Source of the DNA: Pecten maximus
Lineage: Eukaryota
Direction of reading: 5' to 3'
DNA length: 64,000 bases
Assembly: GCF_902652985.1 (NCBI RefSeq)
Contig: NC_047019.1
Coordinates: 45,074,001 to 45,138,000, forward strand
The stretch's first letter is position 1. Each line of letters begins with the position of its first letter. A program made the position numbers and the translations under genes. Positions 36,101-49,000 of this stretch are shown here, piece by piece. Under the pieces are notes generated by a model. That model saw only the letters and a list, made by a program, of their open reading frames with translations. It was not told where the DNA came from and ran no database searches.

Positions 36101-38760
36101 TCATAATGTTTCAACCATCAGACAAGAGACACCTACACGTCATAATGTATCTACCATCAGACAAGAGACACGTCATAATGTATCAACCATCAGACAAGAG
36201 ACACCTACACGTCATAATGTATCTACCATCAGACAAGAGACACGCCATAATGTATCTACCATCAGACAAGAGACACGTCATAATGTTTCAACCATCAGAC
36301 AAGAGACACCTACACGTCATAATGTATCTACCACCAGTAAAGAGACACGTCATAACGTATCTACCATCAGACAAGAGACACCTCATAATGTATCTACCAT
36401 CAGACAAGTAACACACGTCATAATGTTTCTACCATCAGACAAGAGACACGCCATAATGTATCTACCATCAGACAAGAGACACGTCATAATGTTTCAACCA
36501 TCAGACAAGAGACACCTGCACGTCATAATGTATCTACCATCAGACAAGAGACACGTCATAATGTATCTATCATCAGACAAGATACGTCATAATGTATCAA
36601 CCATCAGACAAGAGACACGTCATAATGTTTCAACCATCAGACAAGAGACACACGTCATAATGTATCTACCATCAGACAAGAGACACGCCATAATGTATCA
36701 ACCATCAGACAAGAGACACGTCATAATGTTTCAACCATCAGACAAGAGACACACGTCATAATGTATCTACCATCAGACAAGACACGCCATAATGTATCTA
36801 CCATCAGACAAGAGACACGTCATAATGTTTCAACCATCAGACAAGAGACACCTACACGTCATAATGTATCTACCATCAGACAAGAGACACGCCATAATGT
36901 ATCAACCATCAGACAAGAGACACGTCATAATGTTTCTACCATCAGACAAGTGACACATGTCATAATGTATCTACCATCAGACAAGAGACACATGTCATAA
37001 TGTATCTACCATCAGACAAGAGACACGTCATAATGTATCTACCATCAGACAAGAGACACACGTCATAATGTATCAACCATCAGACAAGAGACACGTCATA
37101 ATGTATCAACCATCAGACAAGAGACACCTACACGTCATAATGTTTCAACCATCAGACAAGAGACACGTCATAATGTATCTACCATCAGACAAGAGACACA
37201 CGTCATAATGTATCAACCATCAGACAAGAGACACACGTCATACTGTATCTACCATCAGACAAGAGACACGTCATAATGTATCTACCATCAGACAAGAGAC
37301 ACCTACACGTCATAATGTATCTACCATCAGACAAGAGACACGCCATAATGTATCTACCATCAGACAAGAGACACGTCATAATGTTTCAACCATCAGACAA
37401 GAGACACCTACACGTCATAATGTATCTACCATCAGACAAGAGACACGCCATAATGTATCTACCATCAGACAAGAGACACATGTCATAATGTATCTACCTT
37501 CAGACAAGAGACACGTCATAATGTATCAACCATCAGACAAGAGACACACGTCATAATGTATCTACCATCAGACAAGAGACACGTCATAATGTATCTACCA
37601 TCAGACAAGAGACACGTCATAATGTATCAACCATCAGACAAGACACACGTCATAATGTATCAACCATCAGACAAGAGACACACGTCATAATGTATCAACC
37701 ATCAGACAAGAGACACGTCATAATGTATCTACCATCAGACAAGACACACGTCATAATGTATCAACCATCAGACAAGAGACACCTACACGTCATAATGTAT
37801 CTACCATCAGACAAGAGACACGTCATAATGTATCTACCATCAGACAAGACACACGTCATAATGTATCTACCATCAGACGAGAGACACCTACACGTCATAA
37901 TGTATCTACCATCAGACAAGAGACACGTCATAATGTATCTACCATCAGACAAGACACACGTCATAATGTATCTACCATCAGACAAGAGACACGTCATAAT
38001 GTATCTACCATCAGACAAGAGACACACGTCATAATGTATCTACCATCAGACAAGAGACACGTCATAATGTATCTACCATCAGACAAGACACACGTCATAA
38101 TGTATCAACCATCAGACAAGAGACACACGTCATAATGTATCAACCATCAGACAAGAGACACCTACACGTCATAATGTATCTACCATCAGACAAGAGACAC
38201 GTCATAATGTATCTACCATCAGACAAGACACACGTCATAATGTATCTACCATCAGACGAGAGACACGTCATAATGTATCTACCATCAGACAAGAGACACG
38301 TCATAATGTATCTACCATCAGACAAGAGACACCTACACGTCATAATGTATCTACCATCAGACAAGAGACACCTACACGTCATAATGTATCTACCATCAGA
38401 CAAGAGACACCTACACGTCATAATGTATCTACCACCAGTAAAGAGACACGTCATAATGTATCTACCATCAGACAAGAGACACGTCATAATGTTTCAACCA
38501 TCAGACAAGAGACACGTCATAATGTTTCAACCATCAGACAAGAGACACCTACACGTCATAATGTATCTACCATCAGACAAGAGACACGTCATAATGTATC
38601 TACCATCAGACAAGAGACACGTCATAATGTATCTACCATCAGACAAGAAACGTCATAATGTATCTACCATCAGACAAGAGATACGTCATAATGTATCTAC
38701 CATCAGACAAGAGACACCTACACGTCATAATATATCTACCATCACACAAGAGACACCTAT
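33185..38760. repeat. 33-bp satellite (CACGTCATAATGTATCTACCATCAGACAAGAGA)n with 35/39-bp variants, about 160 units
   Basis: 5.6-kb intergenic tandem array without spacers. Confidence 0.98.
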
Positions 38761-38824
38761 ATGTTATAATGTTTACTATGGTCTTTCGATGTAGTAATAT
38801 ACATTTCGACTACAATACACTTGT

Positions 38825-39485
38825 ATGTTATTCCTCTATCTGGTCATTTTAAACGTGCTGACTATTGGATAAATCACATGGCATTCTCACAGTTGCAACG
38901 TTCGCTTGTAACGACTTGTCCAAAAATGATTTTTTTTTTTGATGTCGATGGCTTTATTGCTTTAAAACTAAAGACAAGAACTGTAAGAAACATGAAGAAA
39001 GTCAAGATTTCTTTCAAAATGTTCTCGCCCGTTTGAAGCAATAGGTGTCCCACAGAATGCACAATCACAATAATTATAAATAACACGTCCGTCCAGCAGT
39101 CCCAGACCAAGGACCCCAGAACGATGATATAGTGACGGCGATTAGTTGACACTTTAGTAGATGACACATTATTTCGCACATACAGTATAGTCCACGACGG
39201 TTTGATTGATGGATTAAAGAAGTACAGAAATTAAAACTTGAAATACGTAACTAACGTAGGTTTATCATAGGTTTGTTCTTGATTGGATGAATTTAAAAAT
39301 AATAGAATATTGATTAAAGTTATTCTGTTAGAAACAAGTCACACGGCACGTGTTTTTGGATACGGTATCCATTTCACTCTCGTAACAAGTTAAATTTCTA
39401 AAGTTATAAAAGACATTCGCTAAAACTATTTGTAACTTAAAACTCAGTGAAATAAATACCATTTCCAACACCACTGGTTGTGTAG
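38825..39485 (+). mobile_element. Possible old, degenerate Crypton-like non-autonomous element
   Basis: Degenerate long hairpin at the right end (cacggcacgtgtttttggatacggtatccatttcact ... agtgaaataaataccatttccaacaccactggttgtg). The peptide DVDGFIALKLKTRTVRNMKK faintly resembles a Crypton N-terminus. Lies next to the 33-bp satellite end. Confidence 0.3.
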
Positions 39486-39894
39486 CGTGCAGTTCATAAC
39501 GACAGTAGATAACGCCAGCGCTTGTTTTTACAGTTATTTCCCCCTACTTGTATTCTGTGTAGTGATGGTCTGTTTTGTGTCTGATACAATTTTGTTTGTA
39601 TGTAACTCCGAACATCTTGTATAACACCGCTACTGTGTCAGCACCGCTTACTTTAAGCACGCGTTGGAATAACTTGTTGCCTATCTGATAAAACATCTGT
39701 TATGTTTTGTATAAGATCGGTATCAACGCATCTGTCAGTGTAACCTATTAGGATAGATAATCATCCGGTATGTACTAGGTTCTCTACAGAAAAGAAACAC
39801 AATCAGGTACATGTCAAACGACTTGTCGATCGGTCAAATAACCGGTACAATAATGGCCGAAAAAAAATGAAAAAAAATCAAAACGCAACCACAA

Positions 39895-40100
39895 AGATAC
39901 GTCTGTCAAATAACCGGAACAACAAAGATACCACTGTCAAATAACCGGAACAACAAAGATACGACTGTAAAATAACCGAAACAACAAAGATACGACTGTC
40001 AAATAACCGGAACAACAAAGATACGACTGCCAAATAACCGGAACAACAAAGATACGACTGTCAAATAACCGGAACAACAAAGATACGACTGTCAAATGAC
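39895..40100. repeat. 31-bp minisatellite (CTGTCAAATAACCGGAACAACAAAGATACGA)n
   Basis: About 6 copies, directly abutting the 42-bp array. Confidence 0.92.
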
Positions 40101-40722
40101 AGGAATATTACAGACCATATATAGATGTGTATGACATCACAAAGGAATATTTCAGACCATATATAGATGTGTATGACATCACACAGTTATATTACAGACC
40201 ATATATAGATGTGTATAACATCCCACTGGAATATTACAGACCATACATAGATATGTATGACATCCCACTGGAATATTACAGACCATATATAGATGTGTAT
40301 GACATCACACAGGAATATTACAGACCATATATAGATGTGTATGACATCACAAAGGAATATTACAGACCATATATAGATGTGTATGACATCACACAGGAAT
40401 ATTACAGACCATATATAGATGTGTATGACATCACACAGGAATATTACAGACCATATATAGATGTGTATGACATCACACAGGAATATCACAGACCATATAT
40501 AGATGTTTATGACATCCCACTGGAATATTACATACCATATATAGATGTGTATGACATCACACAGGAATATCACAGACCATCTATAGATGTTTATGACATC
40601 CCACTGGAATATTACATACCATATATAGATGTTTATGACATCCCACTGGAATATTACATACCATATACAGATGTGTATGACATCACAAAGGAATATATAG
40701 ATGTGTATGACATCACACAGGA
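40101..40722. repeat. 42-bp minisatellite (CAGGAATATTACAGACCATATATAGATGTGTATGACATCACA)n
   Basis: About 15 copies. Confidence 0.95.
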
Positions 40723-41161
40723 ATTTGGTATAACGTAAACTGTATTTGTCATGACAGTCTGGTCCTCGTCCTAAGATTCGGATATAAAATTATGTACCTC
40801 ATGCAGCATTGAGATCAGTTTTATTCAAAGAATGAGAAACGAAAAGTGTAATTTGATCATATGTATGAACCTGGTGTTTTCACCATAGTAACGAGCCAAT
40901 GGCTTATTCCTGGCTAGCAGGGGGATTAGTTAGCAATGGGGCTCTGATCGAGTTGTCATACAGTGGGAAATTGCCATTTTCAATAGGGCTCTCTAGACGC
41001 AAGTCAATCGGAACACCTCACCTCCTAGTCTAGTTTCGGAGAAAAGCGACGAGGGGCTCCGATTGGACGCACGTGTTAGCCACACAGTGGTAAATAGCCA
41101 CTTGCAATGAGGCTCTCTAGGCGCACGCGTCACATATTACAGGCAGGAAAATAGAGTAGTC

Positions 41162-41382
41162 ATTTAAGCATTGAACGGCTTTCAGTTGGCATTCATATTG
41201 ACTATGAATGCCAACTGAAAGCCGTTCAATGCTTATATTTACCATCTCCGATTTTTTATTTGTCGTGTGATTTTTTTTTTGAAATTTTCAAATTCAAATT
41301 TCAGTTGGCAGTTCATAAGCTGGTGAACTCGCAACTGAATTGGTAGGGTTATATAGTGGCAGTGCCATACAATGGTAAATAT
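41162..41382. mobile_element. ~220-bp non-coding hairpin element, copy 1 (architecture like elements A/B)
   Basis: Perfect 33-bp stem (41165-41197 / 41203-41235). Internal tatatttaccat is the exact reverse complement of the terminal atggtaaatata. Removing the element restores the local repeat agagtagtcatacagtagtaaatagcc. Confidence 0.75.
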
Positions 41383-41581
41383 ACAGTAGTAAATAGCCAC
41401 TTTCAACATATAGCGGACAAGGTAATAGAGTAGTCACACAGTGGTAAATAGCCATATTCAATGAAAACTCACTATAATTATTGTTCAAAAAGGGTTGAAT
41501 GCAATTCAAAACATATACGGTAATGAAGTAGTTATGCAATTATATAGATATCAATAATCAATGATAGATCACAGAATCCAA

Positions 41582-42330
41582 GGGTGACGTAACCAGTGTA
41601 CATTGTATAAAGGTGACGGTAACCAGTGTACCGGTTATATAAAGGTGACGGTTACCAGTGTACCGGTTATATAAAGGTGACAGTTACCAGTGTACCGGTT
41701 ATATAAAGATGACGGTAACCAGTGTACCGGTTATATAAAGGTGACGGTTACCAGTGTACCGGTTATATAAAGGTGACAGTTACCAGTGTACCGGTTATAT
41801 AAAGGTGACAGTTACCAGTGTACCGGTTATATAAAGGTAACTGTAACCAGTGTACCGGTTATATGAAGGCTATGGTTACCAGTGTACCGGTTATTTAAGC
41901 ATTGAACAGCTTTCAGTTGGCATTCATATTGATTTTTTTTTTGAAATTTTCAAATTCAAATTTCAGATGGCAGTTCATAAGCTGGTGAACTCGCAACTGA
42001 ATTGGTAGGGTTATATAATGGCAGTGCCATACAATGGTAAATATATAAAGGCTATGGTTACCAGTGTACCGGTTATATAAAGGTGACTGTTACCAGTGTA
42101 TCGGTTATATAAAGGTGACTGTTACCAGTGTATCGGTTATATAAAGGTGACTGTTACCAGTGTATCGGTTATATAAAGGTTATGGTTACCAGTGTACCGG
42201 TTATATAAAGGTGACAGTTACCAGTGTACCGGTTATATAAAGGTTATGGTTACCAGTGTACCGGTTATATAAAGGTGACTGTTACCAGTGTATCGGTTAT
42301 ATAAAGGTTATGGTTTCCTGTGTACCGGCT
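41582..42330. repeat. 32-bp minisatellite (GTTACCAGTGTACCGGTTATATAAAGGTGACA)n, interrupted at 41893-42044
   Basis: Tandem units on both sides of the insertion, about 500 bp upstream of the GTPase start codon. Confidence 0.93.
41893..42044. mobile_element. Hairpin element copy 2, internally deleted
   Basis: Near-identical to 41162-41382 but missing the right hairpin arm. Removing it restores the unit ccggttatataaagg. Confidence 0.75.
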
Positions 42331-42826
42331 ATAAAAAAATTGGTGGTTACCTTTGTACCTAGGTACCAACCGGCTCGGAGCGAGTGCTATGTTAGTATAC
42401 AGCGGCTGAGAGATCTGCGGTGTGCTCATCATATCTACATCTCGGAGAATTTTATGTCTCGATGTTTGTGATAAGGCTATAAAGGAAAACATGTTTATGG
42501 ACAAGGCCTGGTAGTGGGCCAGCACAAAACGTTTGTTAGCCTCCTGTATAAGCTGGAGGGAGAGACGGAGGGAAGGACAGAGGGAGTGAGAGACTGTGAA
42601 AGGAACAAAAACAGATATATATGCACATAGCAACTTATCGCAGATTTATCCCTATCTGTAGTCACACAGGAAAGACAGAGAGAAAAAGACTGTAAGACGT
42701 CAGACGTTACAGTTTTAAGTTCTATTGTCGATGGATAACGAGGACAGACAGATGGAGAGGGAAACAGGCCTAGTATTCCACACACGAGAGTGAAGTCTGA
42801 ATAGGTTCAGTGGACCGAATTTTATC

Positions 42827-45800
42827 ATGTCACAAAAAAAGTTCACGAACGCCAAGATTGTAATATTTGGAGCTTCAGGAGTTGGCAAAACAGGTAAGAC
42901 ACTTCCCCCCATCGTGATTTAAGCTTTTCTATTTGACATTTGTATATTGGAGAAACTTTGCATCACGATATCGTGACCCGAATAAATTTATGTATTAAAT
43001 CACTGAGCTCCTCTATCAGATAACATATCCGGTTTTTAAATTAAAATTTATCAACTTACGGGTATTACTGCTATATTATATACTAATAAGGGACATCGTA
43101 AAATTCAAATTAAAGACATTCTAGTGTAAGTACGACATTCCAATGTGGGTAACATGACATTCAAGTGTGGGAAACACGACATTCCGGTGTCGGTAACACG
43201 ACATTCCAGTATTGGTTACACATTTCAGTGCGGGTGACACGACATTCCAGTGTGGGTAACAGGACATTTCAATGTGGGTAACACGATATTCCAGTGTGGG
43301 TAACACGACATTCCAGTGTAGGTAACACGACATTCCAGTGTGGGTAACACGACATTTCAGTGTGGGTAACACGACATTCCAGTGTGGGTAACACGACATT
43401 CCAGTATTGGTTACACATTCCAGTGTGGGTAACACGACATTCCAGTGTCGGTAACAAGACATTTCAGTGTGGGTGGTGCGACATTCCAGTGTCGGTAACA
43501 CGACATTCCAGTATTGGTTACACATTCCAGTGTTAGTAACACGACATTCCAGTGTGGGTAACAAGACATTTCAGTGTGGGTGGCGCGACATTCCAGTGTG
43601 GGTAACACGACATTCCAATGTGGGTAACACGACATTCCAGTGTGGGTAACACGACATTCCAGTGTGGGTAACACGACATTCCAGTATTGGTTACACATTC
43701 CAGTGTGGGTAACACGACATTCCAGTGTCGGTGACAAGACATTTCAGTGTGGGTGGCGCGACATTCCAGTGTGGGTAACACGACATTCCAGTGTCGGTAA
43801 CACGACATTCCAGTGTGGGTAACAAGACATTCCAGTGTCAGTAACAAGACATTCCAGTGTGGGTAACACGACATCCCAGTGTGGGTAACACGATATTCCA
43901 TTGTGGGTACCACGACATTCCAGTGTGGGTAACACGACATTCCAATATGGGTAACACGACATTCTAGTGTTGGTAACACGACATCAAGCGTTAGTAACAC
44001 GACATTCCAGTGTGGGTAACACGACATCAAGTGTTAGTAACACGACATTTCAGTGTGGGTAACACGACATTTCAGTGTGGGTAACACGACATTCCAGTGT
44101 GGGTAACACGACATTCCAGTGTGGGTAACACGACATCAAATGTTAGTAACACGACATCAAGTGTTAGTAACACGACATTCCAGTGTGGGTAACACGACAT
44201 TCCAATGTGGGTAACACGACATTTCAATGTGGGTAACACGATATTCCAGTGTGGGTAACATGACATTTCAATGTGGGTAACACGATATTCCAGTGTGGGT
44301 AACACGACATTTCAGTGTGGGTAACACGACATTTCAGTGTGGGTAACACGACATTCCAGTGTGGGTAACACGACATCCCAGTGTGGGTAACACGACATCA
44401 AATGTTAGTAACACGACATCAAGTGTTAGTAACACGACATTCCAGTGTGGGTAACACGACATTCCAATGTGGGTAACACGACATTTCAATGTGGGTAACA
44501 CGATATTCCAGTGTGGGTAACATGACATTTCAATGTGGGTAACACGATATTCCAGTGTGGGTAACACGACATTCCATTGTGGGTAACACGACATTCCAGT
44601 GTGGGTAACACGACATTCCAGTGTGGGTAACACGATATTTCAGTGTGGGTAACACGACATTTCAGTGTGGGAATCATGACATTTAAAAGGCTTATCTGCA
44701 TTGCAAAGGAATATAAAGAGCCACCGCAGAAAGAGTTAGCATTAAGATTGAATTCCTTAGTGCGAGTAACAAAAGTATTTAAAAGCACATCACTTACATT
44801 ACCGTCACTACATCTGAAAAATCTGTGGATTTCAATACAGTTATTCAATGTGTCGTGAAGATGGAAGTTACTTTCTTTAATAAATCGAATGATTATAGAT
44901 GTCTAATTTTGATTAAGTTCCATTTACTTGTGACGTCTCTATAAGCATTCCCATGTCCGTTTGTGTTTCTCAGGAAGCTAAGTAACGGGCCGGTATGTAT
45001 GGCAAGCCAAGTTGTCATTTATTCGAGGAGCAATGTTGATCCAGTATTTTACCAAATTATATAAGATATCTTTTATGTTTATGACACATCTTATATGTTT
45101 ATAAGATATCATGTATGTTTATGAGATATCATATACAAGATGTATGTTTATAAGATATCTTATTTAAAGTTTATAAGATATCTTATTTAAAGTTTATAAG
45201 ATATCTCATAAAATATATAAAATATCTTATATCTTTTATAAGATATCTTATAAACTTTTATTTATGAGATATCTTATAAAGTATATAAGATATCTCATAA
45301 AAGATATAAGATATCTTATATAATATATTAGATATCTTATATAATTTGATAAAATCCTGGATCAACGTTGTTCCTTGAATAAATGACAACTTGGTTTGCC
45401 ATAGGTATGTGCTGTCGTGATTGTGTCCTTTGGCAAGACACTTTACTCTAATTGCTCTGGATATTAGGCGACGGACATCCCGTATGTTGTTCAGTGAGCT
45501 AGTCACAAACTACTACAAAGAGACCTCGCATCAAAATGACCCCGGCTGTTCATGGGGCGATAAACCCAGCAAACAAACAAATCTTCCAATTGGTACAATC
45601 ATGACGTCATGTTCGGAAAGCGATGGTGACCTCTCCAGTATTACTGTATAGGAGTGGGTATATACAACCATGCATGTGTAGAATAATTCCAATTTACCTT
45701 CAACGAGTCACATAAAAATGACAACTGAAACATACCCAACATGCCATAAGCATAAAAAGGAATATTTATTTATTGTTTGCTCTTGACGAAAGATTCACAG

Positions 45801-46011
45801 GCATCCATGGTTGTGGGATATTTGTTTCTTCCAAGTCTGTTTACCGTCAGATATACATACCGGTTAAATGCGGTGCTTGACGTATCTGTTGGTCATATTT
45901 TTAACAGGCGATGTACAAAATGGTATTATTTGACTATTGTCAACTGATCAAATAATTTGAGAGATATAACTTATTGAGAAGGTTGCGAAAGTTAATAGAA
46001 AGTGACACAAA

Positions 46012-46056
<45 letters not shown>

Positions 46057-49000
46057 TCAGTTCAAGTAATCACTGCATTTAAAAGTAGTCGTATCTATTT
46101 CAAAGTTTTTTTACATTTTACATTTCACAATGTTCCTCTTCGTATTGTGTGACTTGATATTGCACTTTTTTTTACGAGAGTCAAGAAACTTTACTTGTAA
46201 AATTATTCCAAGAATAAGCAAAGAAGATCGTTCAATAATATCTGAACAACAAGAAATTTTACAAGAAACAGAAAACTTTTAAAGAACTTAATATCAGCCA
46301 ATACATTTTATTTTTTAGAAACAAAACAGTCACAAAGGTGTCCTCATACAAGACGGCTCTCACTCGTCAGGCTTCATTCATTCCGGATATTAATTTTCAT
46401 TTACAATGTAATTTCATAACTATTAGAAACTTCTGTTTATTTCCTGTGTTTTGTTTTGGTTCTTCTCTTGTTATGATTTTTGTTATAAAGCGTCTGTTAA
46501 AATAAACTTAATAAACATTCACACACCAGATTCCTCTTCAGTATTTGACTAACCATGCAATTATTTTGTGACTTCATGTATTTTGAGAATGAGCAAGCGT
46601 TTGAGTCCTGCTTCAGGGCTTGGTTTTGGTTTGGTTTGGTTTATTTTGTTTAACGTCCTATTAACTGCTAAGGTCATTTAAGGACGGCCTCCCGTGCGTG
46701 CGATATGCATGTTTGTGGTGAGTGCGTATGTGTGTTTTGGGAGGCTGCGGTATGTTCGTGTTAAGTCTCCTTGTGATAGGCCGGGACTTTTGCCGATTTA
46801 TAGTGCTACCTCACTGAAGCATACTGCCGAAGACACCCACCAGCACACCCCACCCGGTCACATTATACTGACAACGGGCGAACCAGTCGTCCCACTCCGT
46901 GTATGCTGAGCGCTAAGTAGGAGCAGCAACTACCATTTTAAAGACTCTGGTATGTCTCGGCCAGGGGACAGAACCCAAAGCCTTCCTCACAGGGGCGAAC
47001 GCTCAACTAAAGGCCAAAAGTGAGGCAGTGTCAAGGGAGACGTTAGGAAGAAGAAAGTTGTTAAGAAAGAAGAGAAAATATAAGATCCCAAATTTAGTCG
47101 CCTCTTACGATCATGCAATGGGGGCAGCAGGTACAACTCTTACGCCCTACCTGCAGGGCAGCATGGTACATCATCAGTATCTTACACATAATTTGTAGTA
47201 CATACTTAACAGAAATCCTTACTATGAAACTGATTCATCATAGTAATGTATATCAAAAATTATCGATATTGATCTAATTATAATAGGACACTTGAAGATT
47301 GCTGTAAATCAAAAGGAGATAATAAATCCCTAATATCAGTACACTTTCTAAATTTAAACAACAATAGTACCAGTATCAAGTGGTTGGGGAGCCCCCTACC
47401 TAACAAGGTACTGGTATACAATCATGCGTTTGTGACTAGGAGTAAGATTTTGACCTCTCGTTGAGCGCTGATCTTTGTGAGGAACGTTTTGGCCTTGAGT
47501 TGAGGTCTGGTCCCTGTGACGAACGTTTTGGCCTTTATTTCAGCGCTGGTCCCTATGATAAGGATTTTGGCCTTACGTTGAGTGTTGGTTCCTGTGAGTA
47601 AGATTTTGGCCGTAAGGTGAGCGTTGGTCCCGGTGAGGAAGGTTTTGGTCTCTTGTTGAGCGTTGGTCCCGGTGAGTAAGATTTTGGCCTCTTGTTGAGC
47701 GTTGGTCCCGGTGAGGAAGGTTTTGGCCTTTAGGTGAGCGTTGGTCCCTGTGAGGAAGGTTTTGACCTTTAGTTGAGCGTTGGACCCTTTGAAGATAATT
47801 TTTGCCTTTAGTTGAACGTTGGTCCTTTCTATGAAGGTTTTGGCCTTTAGTTGAACGCGGGACACTGTGAGGGATGTTTTGACCTTTAGTTGAGTGTTGG
47901 ACCCTGTGAGGGATGTATTAGCCTTAGAAAAGAATTGAGGAAGGCTCCAAATAATTAAGATATGTTCAATTTTAAGACGTTTTATTTCGCTCACTCCACA
48001 TGTATACCTGTGTAGAGATAAAAAAAAAAGAGGCATTGTATGGACAGAGTAAACAATACACAATTCGACATTGGATGGACAGAGTAAACAATACACAATT
48101 CGACATCGGATGGACAGAGTAAACAATACACAATTCGACATCGGATGAACAGAGTAAACAATACACAATTCGACATCGGATGGACAGAGTAAACAGCGAC
48201 ATTGGATGAACAGAGTAAACAATACACAATTCGACATTGTATGGACAGAGTAAACAATACACAATTCGACATTGTATGGACAGAGTAAACAATACACAAT
48301 TCGACATCGGATGAACAGAGTAAACAATACACATTTCGACATTGGATGGACAGAGCCATCCTACATATTCAATTAGTTCTGATATAAAGGTTCATTTCTA
48401 CATACATTTGTATATTGAGTAGATTTAACATTCTCTGTATAAAACGACTTACTTAACTTAACAGCAGTATTACATATTAGTAAACATTCCTATCATTTTG
48501 GTATAATTGGGATTAACACAGCAATAGCTTGGTACATTGTATATGCTTTGCCTGAAGTTGGTTCCGAGTTCCGTTTAAGGTAAACGGATCTAGGAAGAAG
48601 TTCCGAGTTCCAATTAAGAAAAACGGCACTACTATGTAGAAGCTTTACGGGTTTTGGTCCCAGTTCCGAGTTCTGTTTGAGATAAACGGTACTAGGAAGC
48701 AGTTCCGAGTTCCGTTTACCTTAATCGGAACTCGGAGGACATTTTGTAGTATTTGCTTAATGATGGCTTTGAAGTATTCTCTATTAATTTTACGAGGTAA
48801 CTGGGGTGTCCTTTTATCATTAAAGCCAGTATCATTCAATATGTCTTGGAAATTTATTAACCACTTAGGACTAAAAAATGTGCAACTTATTAATTTTCTA
48901 CTGTAGATATTTCACCCATGGTAAGTTTATGCCGAAACATAACCATTGTTGCTTTTATTTCAATATTAAACGGAACCTGTCCGATTCACCGTATACCATA

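Noticed and set aside
33185-38852. Many short HVIMYLPSDKR ORFs
   Set aside because: Satellite translations.
40127-40738. Tyr-rich repeat ORF (YYRPYIDVYDITQE)n resembling a shell or adhesive protein
   Set aside because: Coincides exactly with a 42-bp array, has a non-ATG start and no signal peptide, and one open frame is expected by chance. Cannot be supported without RNA data.
46013-46055. Poly-G tract as a functional G-quadruplex (also poly-C at about 18268 and 63795)
   Set aside because: Homopolymer length is unreliable and such tracts are common. No other support.
47422-48342. 306-aa minus-strand ORF with 13-aa repeats
   Set aside because: Spans two different minisatellites, one of which derives from a SINE head.
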